This document shows, piece after piece, positions 51,251 to 64,000 of a DNA stretch of 64,000 nucleotides (position 1 is the stretch's first letter; every line of letters starts with the position of its first letter). Location of the stretch: contig OX597825.1 in assembly GCA_951406725.2 (NCBI GenBank), positions 71,238,001 to 71,302,000 of the forward strand, given 5' to 3'. Below the pieces are notes generated by a model that worked only from the letters and a program-made list of their open reading frames with translations, ran no database searches and was not told the origin of the DNA. This stretch comes from Octopus vulgaris (lineage: Eukaryota). The position numbers and the translations under genes are program-made.

Positions 51251-51671
51251 AACATAACGATGTTCTCTCACACGAAAGTATGCATTGCCATACACTCACA
51301 TTCTATCATATGCAGTGATGCATGTTTTCTCACGCAATGATGTATACTCTTCTGCAGTCATACACACACACACACACACATGTGCTTTCACACTAAATGT
51401 TATATAGTTCACTCTGATTCAGTTAGTAAAGTTGAAGATTTTGTCATGCACTGGAGATTCCAATTAACTCAGGATATCATGGTCAGATATACAAGACATA
51501 TAGGGCACAACTACTAATAAATATAACTCTTTCTCTCTCTTTCTGGACCTCGGTGGAACTTAAACTCAGAATGTAATGGCAGATGAAATACCGCTAAGCA
51601 TGCTAACATTTCTGCCAGCTCGCCACCTTCTTACCACACAGCTACACCTGCATCTATATTTATATGCTATA

Positions 51672-52067
51672 CTAGCAGTATCGCCCGGCGTTACTCGGGT
51701 TTGTAAGGGAAATAACTATAAAGCATTTTTAGAGAGTTATAGCCAAAAAATAGCAAAAAAATGCATTAAAAATGGAAAAAATATGATCGTAAATTTTTTT
51801 AAAAATCGTTGACTCATCGTAGACATTTTTAGAGAGTTACTTCCCTTATAATTATAAAAATGCATTAAAATGGAAAAAAATTATGGTAAATTATTTTTAA
51901 AATCGTAGACTCATCGTAGATGCGCGCTAATACCCAGAAGGGCTCGATATGAATCACGACTATAAGATACCCGGTTTGGGTTAAACTGCACCGCAAAATG
52001 TGGGAGTAGTTAGGAATCTAAATCGGAGTAGATAGACACACACACAACCTTACTTTTATATATAAAA
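51672..52067 (-). mobile_element. Non-autonomous Helitron sharing its 3' end with 20025..20393
   Basis: ctagcagtatcgcccggcgttactcgggtttg terminus; different interior with a ~100-bp internal duplication. Confidence 0.75.
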
Positions 52068-52627
52068 ATTATTCATTTCCATTCATATTATTTTTCTTTT
52101 CCTTTCACAATCGGTTTCTTAATTACCAGTAGCTATCACCAGTAAAAGATCACAAATTTTTGAAGTGAAAAAAGTCAGCATTATTTGGTAAAACAATCAA
52201 GTTGAGTGAGGTTCCAAAGTTCCTGGTTTGAATCTTTGCACTCCACATTGTAACGCAACAAGGTTACGTTCCTCCTTGTGAATTGATAACCGTTCACTGT
52301 ATTTGCAAAACTGTGCTTCTACTTCCTTGAACCGCCCCAACTTCACATGATATCAGCTTCAGATGTACTAAGATGACCATAATTACTTTTTCAGAAGGGG
52401 TCTAATAAGTGCTGGAAGCAAAATCTTGGAGTTGATACAATCAAGTTCTTATAGAAGGGAATGGTTTTTCTGCCTTCTCAAAAAAAAAAAAAAAAAAAGA
52501 TAAATTTCAAGTCAAATGTTTGTTTTTTTTTCCTTCTGGTTTTTAAAGTAATCTGAAATATCTGTCTGTCTCTCTAATACATACACACACACACATATAC
52601 ATAAAGATTAAGTTTTGTGTGTGTATG

Positions 52628-52674
<47 letters not shown>

Positions 52675-52686
52675 ATCATTAAGATT

Positions 52687-52718
<32 letters not shown>

Positions 52719-52772
52719 ATGTATGTATGACTAAGATTTTTGTGCGTGTATATATATATATATATATATACA

Positions 52773-53470
52773 TACAAGGTTTGATCAATAAGTATCTAGA
52801 CTGTTGCCTTAGTAACGAAGCTAAAGCATGCAAAGTGAAGCCGCTTGGCACAGATTGACTTTGAATTCTGCTGTGTTTTAACATTCTAGCTCATTTCTGC
52901 TGTTTATAACAGTGCTTGGAAGGAAGGTGTGTAGTGTGTAATTGTTGCATTGATCGTGACAGAGAAGTGGTCATGAGGATACCTGCTCAGAGGCCTATGC
53001 AAAGTTGCAGAAAATGTATAGAGAGGGGTGTATGAGCCACATGCATGTGTACGAGTGGTTCAGACATTTCCAAGATGGCTAAAAAAATGCCGATATTGAC
53101 AAACATTCTGGAAGACCCACAACCAACAAAACTGAGAAAAACATCACAGATGTGTGTGCAGCTGTGAGGGGAAATCATCGATTCACCATCCGTGAGTTAT
53201 CAGAGGATGTTCAGATTAGTTATGGTTCAGTTCTGTCCATTATCACTGAAGATTTGAGTATGAGACGCATGACTGCAAAGTTTGTGCAAAAACTGCTTTC
53301 GGCTGACCAGAAAGACACCCGGGTTTCAGTTCCACAAGATGTCTTTGATTGTGTTGAGAACAATGAAAACTTATTGAGAACTTTGCGTAGGTCTGTAAGC
53401 AGGTATCGCCAAGTGTTTGGCAAAATTTAATGTAGATTCTCTGCTCAGCTTTTTGTGTCATGGTCAATGT
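52773..53470 (+). mobile_element. Rearranged mariner remnant (5' TIR, HTH region, inverted copy of the N-terminus)
   Basis: TA-caaggtttgatcaataagtatc TIR; VYEWFRHFQDG and FTIRELSEDVQISYGSVLSIITEDLSMRRMTAKFVQKLL; minus strand 53380-53462 MTQKAEQRIYIKFCQTLGDTC. Confidence 0.85.
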
Positions 53471-53624
53471 AATGATCACACACACATACAACGGCTTCCT
53501 TCAGTTTCCATCTACCGGATCCACAAGGCATTGGTTGGTCTGAGACTGTAGTAGAGGACACTTGCCCAAGGTGCCACACAGTGGGACTGAACCTGGAACC
53601 TTGCTTCTATGGTATATTTTTATA

Positions 53625-53701
53625 AATATTTAGCAGAAGTAACAGAGTGACTCAAGGAAACTCTTGAACCTTGAGTCACTCTGTTCCTTCTGCTGAATAT
53701 T
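53625..53701. repeat. Hairpin with 33-bp arms next to (TA)n
   Basis: aatatttagcagaagtaacagagtgactcaagg / ccttgagtcactctgttccttctgctgaatatt, 11-nt loop. Confidence 0.85.
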
Positions 53702-53740
<39 letters not shown>

Positions 53741-54429
53741 CACACATATATACAAATATTGTGCGTATGTGTATGTAATATAATGTATTTCCCTTTATAA
53801 AACAAAGAATTATCTTATCTGACATATGGTCGTAGTTAGATTGCTCAACATTGCATGCTCTTTCATTAGGAAACTCACTCACAAACACTCATGATTCAAT
53901 CTGGCCAACACCCCAATTTCTCGGCTATGAGTCCTTCTTAAAATCTTATCATAACACTTTCCCCTTCTTAACTGCGCTTTCATTATTTTCCACTTTTCTC
54001 TAATTATCATTTCTTTTCTTTTCTGATTGCTTTTTAAGTATATTGTATTTTGTTTTTAACATTTTATTTGTGGTTTTATCTTTTGTCGGGTGGCAGGGTG
54101 GAAACAAAGGAACAAACCGACCCTGTAATTTAGAGTTTTTTGGTTTTTGTTAACTTTTATCCTTGTTTTATGTATGTGCTTGTGTTTGTTATTGTTACAA
54201 TGCAGAAACTGTTTTTTGATGGTTTCTTCAAGTGTTTGCTAGACGAACAATATTTAATAGAAGCCCCTTACCTGTTCACTACATGCTTCACCTCCATTTA
54301 AAACTCCAACATTTTTGTACAAAAGGGTGGATCAAAGAACTAGAAAAAAAATCTTCTAAAGGTGTTAATGGTTTCCAAATTAATAATGACTATAAGCTAA
54401 TAGCATTGCTACAACCATATCTAACAACA

Positions 54430-55195
54430 AAAATAATAATGGTTTCAAATTTTGGCACAGTGCCAGCTGGGGGTTTTTTTTTTTTTTTTCCAGAAGTGGG
54501 GAAGTTGATTACATCTGGTACTTATTTTATCGATCCTGAAAGTATGAATGGCAAAGGTATAATCCAAAATGAAAGCATGATGATGATGATTTCAAATTTT
54601 GGCACAAGGCCAGCAAGCTTGGGGGAGGGGCTAAGTCAATTACATTGACCCCAGTAGTCAACTGGTACTTATTTTATTAACCTTGAAAGGTTGACCTTGA
54701 CACTATTTGAACTCAGAACGTAAAGACAGGTGAAACGCTACTAAGCAGTTTGCCTGGCATGCTAATGATTCTGCCAGCACAGTGCCTTGTCATTAATGAT
54801 GATAATCCTTTCTGTATAGGCACAAGGTGACTTCGTCGACCCCAGTGCTTGACTGTACTTACTTTATTGACCCTGAAACAATGAAAGGCAAAATCGACCT
54901 TGGTGGAATTTGAACTCAGAACGTAAAGATGGACAAAATGCCACTAAGCATTTTGTTCAGCATGCTAACAATTCTGCCAGCTTGCTTGCTGCCTTGATGA
55001 TGATAATAATAATGGTTTCAGATTTTGGCACAAGGCCAGGAATTTCGACCCCAGTGCTTGGCTGTACTTAATTTATGGATCCCAAAAATATGAAAGACAA
55101 GGTTAACCTTGCGGAAATTTGAACTCAGAACATGCCACTTAGTATTTTGTTCAGTGTGCTAACGATTCTACCAGCTTGTCACCTTCATAATGATG
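54430..55195 (-). repeat. Second tandem array of family C SINEs
   Basis: Four units, each starting (on +) with (AAT/GAT)n then ggcacaagg/ggcacagtg, near 54435, 54580, 54795 and 55000. Confidence 0.8.
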
Positions 55196-55224
55196 ATAAC
55201 GATAATTATAAAATATAAAATAAA

Positions 55225-55505
55225 AGGCACCATTTGAGCGTGACCGTTACCAGAGTTGCCTTACTGGCACCTGTGCTGGTGGCATGTGTAAAAAGATTCG
55301 AGCGAGGTCGTTGCCAGTACCACCTGACTGGCCCCCGTGCATCCACTACACTCTTGGAGTGGTTGATGTTAGGAAGGGCATCCAGCTGTAGAAAATCTGC
55401 CAGATCGAGATTGGAGCCTGGTGCAGCTATCTGGTTCGCTAGTCCTCTGTCAAAATCGTCCAACCCATGCTAGCATGGAAAGCGGACATTAAACGATGAT
55501 GATGT
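55225..55505 (+). mobile_element. SINE family B
   Basis: Motifs as 19123..19356. Confidence 0.85.
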
Positions 55506-55554
55506 AATGATACAAATTCTATCAGATATGTTTTAAGCATAGAGGTAGTAATAT

Positions 55555-55970
55555 ACTCTTTACTCTTTTACTTGTTTCAGTCATTTGACTGCAGACATGC
55601 TGGAGCACCACCTTTAATCGAGCAACTCGACCCCGGGACTTATTCTTTGTAAGCCTAGTAGTACTTATTCTATCGGTCTCTTTTGCCGAACCGCTAAGTG
55701 ACGGGGACATAAACACACCAGCATCGGTTGTCAAGCAATGCTAGGGGGACAAACACAGACACACAAACATACATGCACACATGCATATATATATATATAT
55801 ATACATATATACGACGGGCTTCTTTCAGTTTCCATCTACCAAATCCACTCACAAGGCTTTGGTCGGCCTGAGGCTATAGTAGAAGACACTTGCCCAAGGT
55901 GTCACGCAGTGGGACTGAACCCGGAACCATGCGGTTGGTAAACAAGCTACTTACCACACAGCCACTCCTG
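55555..55970 (-). mobile_element. SINE family A, full length
   Basis: Reverse complement of 26010..26430. Confidence 0.95.
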
Positions 55971-56313
55971 TTTTCCTTTTTTTTTTAAATATATTTCTGC
56001 TATAGCAACCACAATTTTTTTTTCATGTTTTTTCTACTTAATTTTTCATTTTTCTATTTTTTTCTTTTACTTTACATCTGATTTGTTTTATTTATTTATT
56101 TATATTATTTAATTTATATTTGGCTGCGTGTTGATGAAATAAAGTCATCCGATGAAAATGTCCACAATTGAATGACACACACAGAGTCTGTTTTGTTTTC
56201 TTGTTGTTGTTGCAGAAGCTTGTCTGTCTCTGCAAATGAAAGAAATGCCTCATGAATTTAATGCATGTCTTAGAATCGCTCAACTCGAAATTTATATCTT
56301 TGTAATTAATCAT

Positions 56314-56349
<36 letters not shown>

Positions 56350-56987
56350 TAGAGATAAAGAGAAATGAAAAAGAAGCAAAAAAAAACTTTGTAAGACAAA
56401 AAAAAATTAAAAGCAAACTAGAGGGAGAGCAATGTAAAGGCAAAGGTTGTTTGTTGCGAGACTACTTTTTTATTTTATTTTATTTTATTTTATATTTTAT
56501 TTTATTTATCACATTTTAAAGTTAAAGAACGTTTAGTCTAATATGTAATATTTTCGTTTTTAGTTTGGGTAATTGGGATGTTGTGAGCGGGGAATGGAAA
56601 CAGGACTTTTACTATTTCAGAATTTGCTGGAATCCTTCAAGTGAAATTGCTGTAATATTTCGTCACTTTCTGAAAAAGAAAATCCTTTGTGTTAGCTTGA
56701 AAACACACACACACACACACTGGGCATAGAAGTTAAAGAAAACAACACAACTTAGTGGTTGTTTTTGAAGTTTGAAGTCACTGATTGGTATAAATGTACT
56801 TAGATATATGTGTGTATGTGTGCATGTATGAGTATATATATATATATATGTACTTATATATACTTATACACACGCACACATATATATACTTATATATACT
56901 TATACACACGCACACATATATATACATATATATATGTATATGTACATGTAGGTATATGTTTATATTGGTATAGATATGTATACACAG

Positions 56988-57044
<57 letters not shown>

Positions 57045-60019
57045 CATGTATGTATATATGCACACACACACACACACACATATATATGCATGTATATTAA
57101 TATTTATTATATAATGTATACATTATATAATTCTGATTCATGGGTCTATATATGTATGTATAATTCTGTTTATTATATAATGTGTGCATTGTATAATTTT
57201 ATGTGTATGTGTGTGTATATACATCACTCGTTTCAGTCATTGGAATGTGGCCATACTGGGGCATCATCTCCTGGGTTAAGGGAGCTACCCAGCATATTTT
57301 TACCCAAGATATACTCCATGAAGCTGGAACACTTCAGTGGTGCTTTTAGGTTATAAATTTGATGTTGATTTGATGCCATTTGATATTAATCAGATGATGG
57401 TTCAATCAACCCATCCCTGTTTGAGTTAGATTTACAATCAAAGACACTCCAGATGTGACCACTTCAGCTTATTTTCAAGAATGCTGTATCTAGGACTGCA
57501 TTATTCAGTGTGTCCTTTTTTTCATTTTAACTATATAGAAGCTCCTTCATTGAGTGCATTATACTTAGGTATACAGGCTTGGTACAGTTGTGCAAGTTCA
57601 TTGGTGTGAGCAGTGGGAGCATTGTATCATTAACAGGTGTTTCTTTATTTTGAATTACTGGGCTTAACTTCATCATTTTAATTGGAGAAAGCAATAAGTT
57701 ACTGCAGTGTCTCCTTCTTTTTGTCATTTCATAAATAAGGAAGATTTCGGTGGTGTCTCATGGTGTATGCAACTAAACATTGTTGGATCCTTCATGAAGT
57801 ATCTTACATGAAAATATATATATATCTGCTATCTTTTTCTTGTTTGTCATTAGACAGCGGCCATGCTGGAGCACCACCTTGAAGAATTTATAGTCAAATG
57901 TATTAACCCGAGTACTTTTTGTTTTAAGCCAGGTACTAATTCTATCGATCTCTTTTATTGAACTACTAAGTTATGGAACATAAACACACCAACACCGGTT
58001 GTCAAGCAGTGGAGGTGGAGGAGAAACACACACACATATAAAACCAAATCCACTCACAAAGCTTTGGTCAGTCCATGGCTGTAGTAGACACTTGCCCAAG
58101 GTGCCACACAGTAGGACTGAACCCAGAACAATGTGGTTGGGAAGCAAGCTTCTTACTACACAGACATGCTTGCACCTATGTATTTTTGTTTTTTTGTTTT
58201 GTAACTTTAAATTTGAAATGTTAAACTTATTCAACGGCCTTATAGAAAATTATTTTGGTTACAGCAAAATTACTTGAATAAATTCTATAAAAATATCTAT
58301 ACAAAAAAAGATAACCCTCTTTTAATACAGATGTCATTGACTTGCTGTCGATATTATATATCTATATATGGGAATAAAAAATATATTTGGAAAAAAAAGA
58401 TTTTTTGTGCAGATTTAGTGACTTGCTGTCAATGTTTTTTAAGAATGTGAAACTAAAGTATTGAAATTCAGCAAAAAGAAGTTAATTCTTTTCTTGGTAT
58501 ATTTCTTGATAAAATGGAATGTCTGTGTGCTTGAATTGATTTTGAAAATCAAGAATTTGCAAGAATTTAATAAGATATACTTTTCCGTGAAATTATGGTG
58601 GAAAGTTTTTGAATATTAACGCTTTCATCCATTAGCATTTAAACCAGCCAGGTCTGACCTCTCAGACCTACCCTACAATGTCATTCTAAAAATAAACAAT
58701 CACATTGTTCATCAGAATCTCAAAGCTATGAAGATAATGCGTGATTAACTTGAAAACAATGTAAATAAATAAGTATTACACTTGACAGTGTAACCTGATT
58801 GCTAAATTGTTAAAGCAGTCAGATTTTGGATTGCATAATACAAGGGAAAGTCTTTGATAGGTCTACCAAAATTCAGTACCATAATAAATAAATGAAATGG
58901 AGAATCAACTCTGTTTACATGTGGTGGTATGAATATAATGTAGTTATACAATAATATGATTGGATATTCTCTGAATATTCTTACTGAAGCAATGATAGAG
59001 TTACTAACATATTTTGGTTCGTGAATTCATCTGTTTGTATGTACAAGTTCATCTTGTTCTGTTCACACATATTTTGCCAACCTACACAACGTCTGAGGAA
59101 AGGAGTGCGAAAAGAGTGAGAGAAAGTTATTTAGATCGAAAGATGTAAACAATTTCCCTGCTGAATGTTGGTTTGAATTTATGAATGCTTCCTACCAACA
59201 CTAGTATAAATGATATCATACTAATATAAATAATATACCAAGGCTAATATTAAAAGCAAATACCTGAACATTGAAAGCGGATAAGATTGCTGAACATAAG
59301 ATCTAAATTTATAATAGGTGCTGGCACGGTGCTGTGGTTTGAGAAACCATGTTGTCTCAGGTTGGGTGCCACTTGGGCAAGTGTCTTCTATTATAGCCCA
59401 GGGTTGACTAAAGCCTTGTGAGAGGCTTCTTCACGTCTCCATTTGCTAAATCCAGTCATATACATACATCCTCATGTACAAGCATAAATACATATATACA
59501 TACATGTGTGTGTGTTTGTGTGTTTACCCTTGTCTTAACATTATGTCATGGTTGTAGACAAGAATCACCATCATTCAAAGCCTTGTCATTAATGATGATA
59601 ATCCTTTCTGTATAGGCACAAGGCCTGAAATTTTGGGAGAGGGACTAGTTGACTTCATCGACCCCAGTGCTTGACTGTACTTACTTTATTGACCCTGAAA
59701 CAATGAAAGGCAAAATCGACCTTGGTGGAATTTGAACCCAGAACGTAAAGATGGACAAAATGCCACTAAGCATTTTGCTCGAGGGAAATATTACCTTGCT
59801 TGAAAACAGGTAAGGGTTAGTGACAGGGCAGGTATCCAGCCATAGAAAATAGACTTCAACAAATCCTATCTGATCCATACAAGCATGGATAAGTGCATGT
59901 TAAATGATGATGGTGGTGGCAGCAATAGGTCAAATGCTGCCCTAGTCCATTTTGCTGTTTTCCTTTTGCAAACCCAATAAGTACCGTCATTGTACTAAGG
60001 TCAAACAAATGAAATACTC

Positions 60020-60443
60020 TTTTTTTACTCTTTTACTTGTTTCAGTCATTTGACTGTGGCCATGCTGGAGCACCACCTTTAGTCAAGTAAATCGACCCCA
60101 GGACTTATTCTTTTGTAAGCCTAGTACTTATTCTATCGGTCTCTTTTGCTGAAGCACTAAGTTACGAGGATGTAAGCACACCAGCATCGGTTGTCAAGCG
60201 ATGTTGGAGGGACAAACACAGACACACACACATACACACACATACATACCTATATATATGTATATATATACATATATACAACGGGCTTCTTTCAGTTTCC
60301 GACTGCCAAATCCATTCACAAGGCTTAGGTCGGCCCGAGGCTATAGTAGAAGACACTTGCCCAAGGTACCAAGCACTGGGACTGAACCCGGAACCATGTG
60401 GTTGGTAAGCAAGCTACTTACCACACAGCCACTCTTACGCCTA
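60020..60443 (-). mobile_element. SINE family A, full length
   Basis: Reverse complement of 26010..26430. Confidence 0.95.
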
Positions 60444-60866
60444 TAATATAAACTTTTCTAAAAGATTGCTTTTATGTTTCTGAAACCGATGTTCTTCATC
60501 ATTGTCTTCATTTTCTTCATGATTTTAATGTCCACTTTTCCGTACTTGCATGGGTTGGACAGGATTTGTTGAAGGAGATTTCTGTATGGTTGCCAACCAT
60601 CATGTGTTTCCAAATAAGGTAATATATTTCACCATGGAAGACCAGAAATGAAAAACATTGCCTTATTTGGCAATGGTGCTTGCTTGCAATCATCACAAGA
60701 TGTCAAGACAAGTGTACACACAAACACCTCACCTACACACATACACACAAACGTGCGCATGCACACACACACACACACAGATGCACACAGATACACATAC
60801 ACACACGCACACAGATGCACATACACACATACATACAGTCATGCACACACATGCAGACGCACACGT

Positions 60867-60913
<47 letters not shown>

Positions 60914-61783
60914 AACAAACAATGGGTTTCTTTCAGTTTCCTTTTGTCATGCTCATTAACAAAGATTCGATCTCGAAACCGTGTGATTGGAAAGGGAACT
61001 CATTAACCTCATAACCACGCCTACATCTATATATGTTGTGTGTATATGTGTTAATACATGCATACACATATATTTATGTATATACACAAATACTTGTTTT
61101 TATTTTTGTTTAGTATGTTTGTGTGCTTGTTTTTTACCTGCACAATCTTATAGTCTGGAACTGGAAAATAAACTTTAAATTGAATGTAATTTGATAAATG
61201 TCAATCTGTTGCAATGATAAATATTTAGCTTAAATATCAATGACACACCCTATCATGTATCTTCATTTGAAACCGTCTCATTAATATGGTGAATATCTGT
61301 CTTGTTGTTGGAAACTAAATTTATTGATATTGACATCTCCAAATCTCATCTGCATACAAAATGCCTAATTAGCCAAAATGATCAGCATTTTTGGTAAATG
61401 CCTGTAGAACAAAGGCCAGCACTTAGTGGCCCTATGTTGCAATTGGGGTCAGTTCTTTGATCATAGTCTTTACTCATTAATGCCAAGGATTCCTTTGGAA
61501 AGGGGAAAAAATGGTTTCAGAGGCTGACAACTTTAATTTCCATTATTTCTCTGTAAATCTGAGACCTTTGTGTTTTCTATAGTGAATTGTTATTCCCACT
61601 AAAGTAACAGTCGCTGTTAGTGCACGAGGTTATCTAGTAACGGGTGCTGGTGAGCTGTACCCACAATGCACTTCAGTTATGCTTCTAATGCTCTTGTAAA
61701 CATCACAACATTACATTCCTCTCACTGCCAAAAGTATACAGCTTCTGAGTACAAACCATAAGAAAAGTAATATTAGCGAGTAG

Positions 61784-62180
61784 TGGCAGGAGTGGCTGTG
61801 TGGTAAGTAGCTTGCTAACCAACCACATGGTTTCGGGTTCAGTCCCACTGCGTGGCATCTTGGGCAAGTGTCTTCTGCTATAGCCCCGGGTCGACCAATG
61901 CCTTGTGAGTGGATTTGGTAGACGGAAACTGAAAGAAGCCTGTCGCGTATATATATGTATATGTATGTGTTTGTGTGTCTGTGTTTGTCCCCCTAGCATT
62001 GCTTGACAACCAATGCTGGTGTGTTTACGTCCCCGTCACTTAACGGTTCGGCAAAAGAGACTGACAGAATAAGTACTGGGCTTACAAAGAATAAGTCCCG
62101 GGATCGATTTGCTTGACTAAAGCCGGTGCTCCAGCATGGCCGCAGTCAAATGATAGAAACATGTAAAAAAGTAAAGAGAG
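61784..62180 (+). mobile_element. SINE family A, full length
   Basis: Matches 26010..26430; many more partial copies occur (e.g. ~10530, 13190, 14700, 18497, 26470, 46585, 57835, 63565). Confidence 0.95.
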
Positions 62181-62289
62181 TGGTGGGCCCTTAACTTCTG
62201 ACATATGGCATGTTTTGTGCATTTTAAAATTGTTGGAACCCATTCCTCTTTTAGCTTGAACATAGCAAGTTTCTTGTAGAAGGAAAGAA

Positions 62290-62328
<39 letters not shown>

Positions 62329-62461
62329 GTGTGTGTGTGTGTGTGTGTGTGTGGAGTCAACCTGAGTACTTGTAGTAAGTCTTCTGGATTTTTGTGCCTG
62401 AAAATGTGTGAGTATATGTGTGTATGTGTGTGCATGTACAAGAGAACTATGTGAAACTTTA

Positions 62462-62676
62462 CATATACACGTAAAGAAAATATAAAAAAATAAACCAGAA
62501 TCCTTGTCCGGCACCGAATTGATCCCAAAATCTAATCAGTTCATGCCAGTCATGAGACCAAACATCCCTGAAAGTTTCATCTGAATCCATCCAGTGGTTC
62601 TTGGGAGATCTTGTCCAAGGACAAACAAACAAACAAACACAACTGAAAACAATACTTCTGCTTTCGGTAAGGCAGA

Positions 62677-62683
<7 letters not shown>
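62462..62683 (-). mobile_element. 5' half of the HINE-like element
   Basis: Reverse complement of 42529-42740. Confidence 0.8.
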
Positions 62684-62712
<29 letters not shown>

Positions 62713-64000
62713 TATTATTATTATTATTATTATTATTATGAATATTCAGTGACTGACTAAATTTCCTGTAAAGTTATTTGTATGAATTGAGTCATTCAAA
62801 TAGTCTTTAGTTTGTCCATTATTTCACCAAATGAATAGATTAAATGTGAAATATGAAGTTGGCACAAGATTTTCTTGGAGCTGATAGTCAAATTAAAACA
62901 AATAGATTAGATTTTGATTTATGGAAAACTTGCTAGCATTACACATGCAAAGTGAGCAACCATAACACTTTTATCTTGAAGACCTCCCCTTATCTTTTGT
63001 TTCGTTTCCTCTTTGCCTTCTTTCATCTTATCGGTTAGCAATTTCTGGTAATTTCTCTCTCTTTTTCTAGCTGTCAGTTCTTCAGTTATCAAAATATGGG
63101 CACCTCTTCAAGTTTCTATCATTTTGGTTTTTGCCTGTCTGTCCAAAACACCAGCAGTTTAAACATTCACTGCTTGCAGCACAGCTCGCTTAACGTTTCA
63201 CCTGCTAACGATCCATTAGCTTTTAAGTTTCGAAACAGCCTCAGAAGGAATCACGTGCGGTATTCTTGAAACTGAAGCAATTACTGTTATATTGGAAATA
63301 ACTCGAATGATAAATGTTGATTATCGAAAATTCATTCCTGTCTTCATAATTTGAATTTTTACCATTTATTTTCTCTTTCTTTCTGTAAAATGAGTTGGAT
63401 AGGTACATAGAATGGTTGCTTGCTAATTTGTATTTCATCTGTTGTTATTTTTGAGTTTCTCTCTTTAGATTCAATCATGTCATCCTCAGCTCTTTCTCAT
63501 TCTGTCTTCAGAATTGATTACAATTTATTTTTGCAACATTTTTAGCACCCAATTTGGTACAGCATTGCTATGTGGTAAGAAGTTTGATTCTCAACTGTAT
63601 GGTTCTGGGTTCAGTCCCTCTGCATGGCACCTTGTGTAAGTGTCTTCTACTATAGCCCTGGGTTGACCAAAGCCTTGTGAGTGGATATGGTAGATGGAAA
63701 CTGAAAAAACCTGCAGTTTGTGAATGTGTGTGTGTATAAAAAATATGTGTATATGTCTGTGTGTGTATGTTTATATCTGTGTGCATATGTGTGTGTATGT
63801 GTGTGTGTGTGAGTATATATCTATGTGTGTTTGTTCCCATCAATGCTTGATAACTAGTGTTGTTTTGTTTATGTCCCTAGAACTCAGCAGTTTAGCAAAA
63901 AAGGACAAAACAAGTACCAAGCTTTAAAAAGGAAAAAAACAAAACCAACAAAAAATCCAGATAATTCTTTTGATCAGATCCCTTTTTCCCCTATAAGCAG

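Noticed and set aside
62980-63540. Possible exon(s) in non-repetitive sequence
   Set aside because: Frames on both strands are short or interrupted and the peptides are unrecognisable

Overview
AT-rich, repeat-saturated eukaryotic non-coding DNA (intronic or intergenic). The SINE families and the density of (TA)n/(CA)n/(CT)n/(ATT)n/(TATG)n microsatellites strongly suggest an octopus genome; this is recognition from memory, not a database result. No host protein-coding gene can be supported: nearly all ORF-track entries are translations of microsatellites or SINEs. The only real coding remnants are transposon-derived: a young CR1-type RT 3' fragment, RTE, R4/Dong, Hero-like and L2/CR1 LINE ends, and two Tc1/mariner remnants. 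Also present are at least four SINE families, a solo LTR with a 4-bp TSD, Helitron and Helentron-type non-autonomous elements, and TTAA (piggyBac-like) MITEs. The most interesting signal is a recurrent class of short palindromic or 5'-inverted inserts, mostly in or next to (TA)n tracts. Several carry minimal type-I hammerhead ribozyme motifs, including a perfect 350-bp palindrome with an intact hammerhead on each strand, consistent with non-autonomous Penelope-like element relics. Coordinates of degenerate repeats are approximate.
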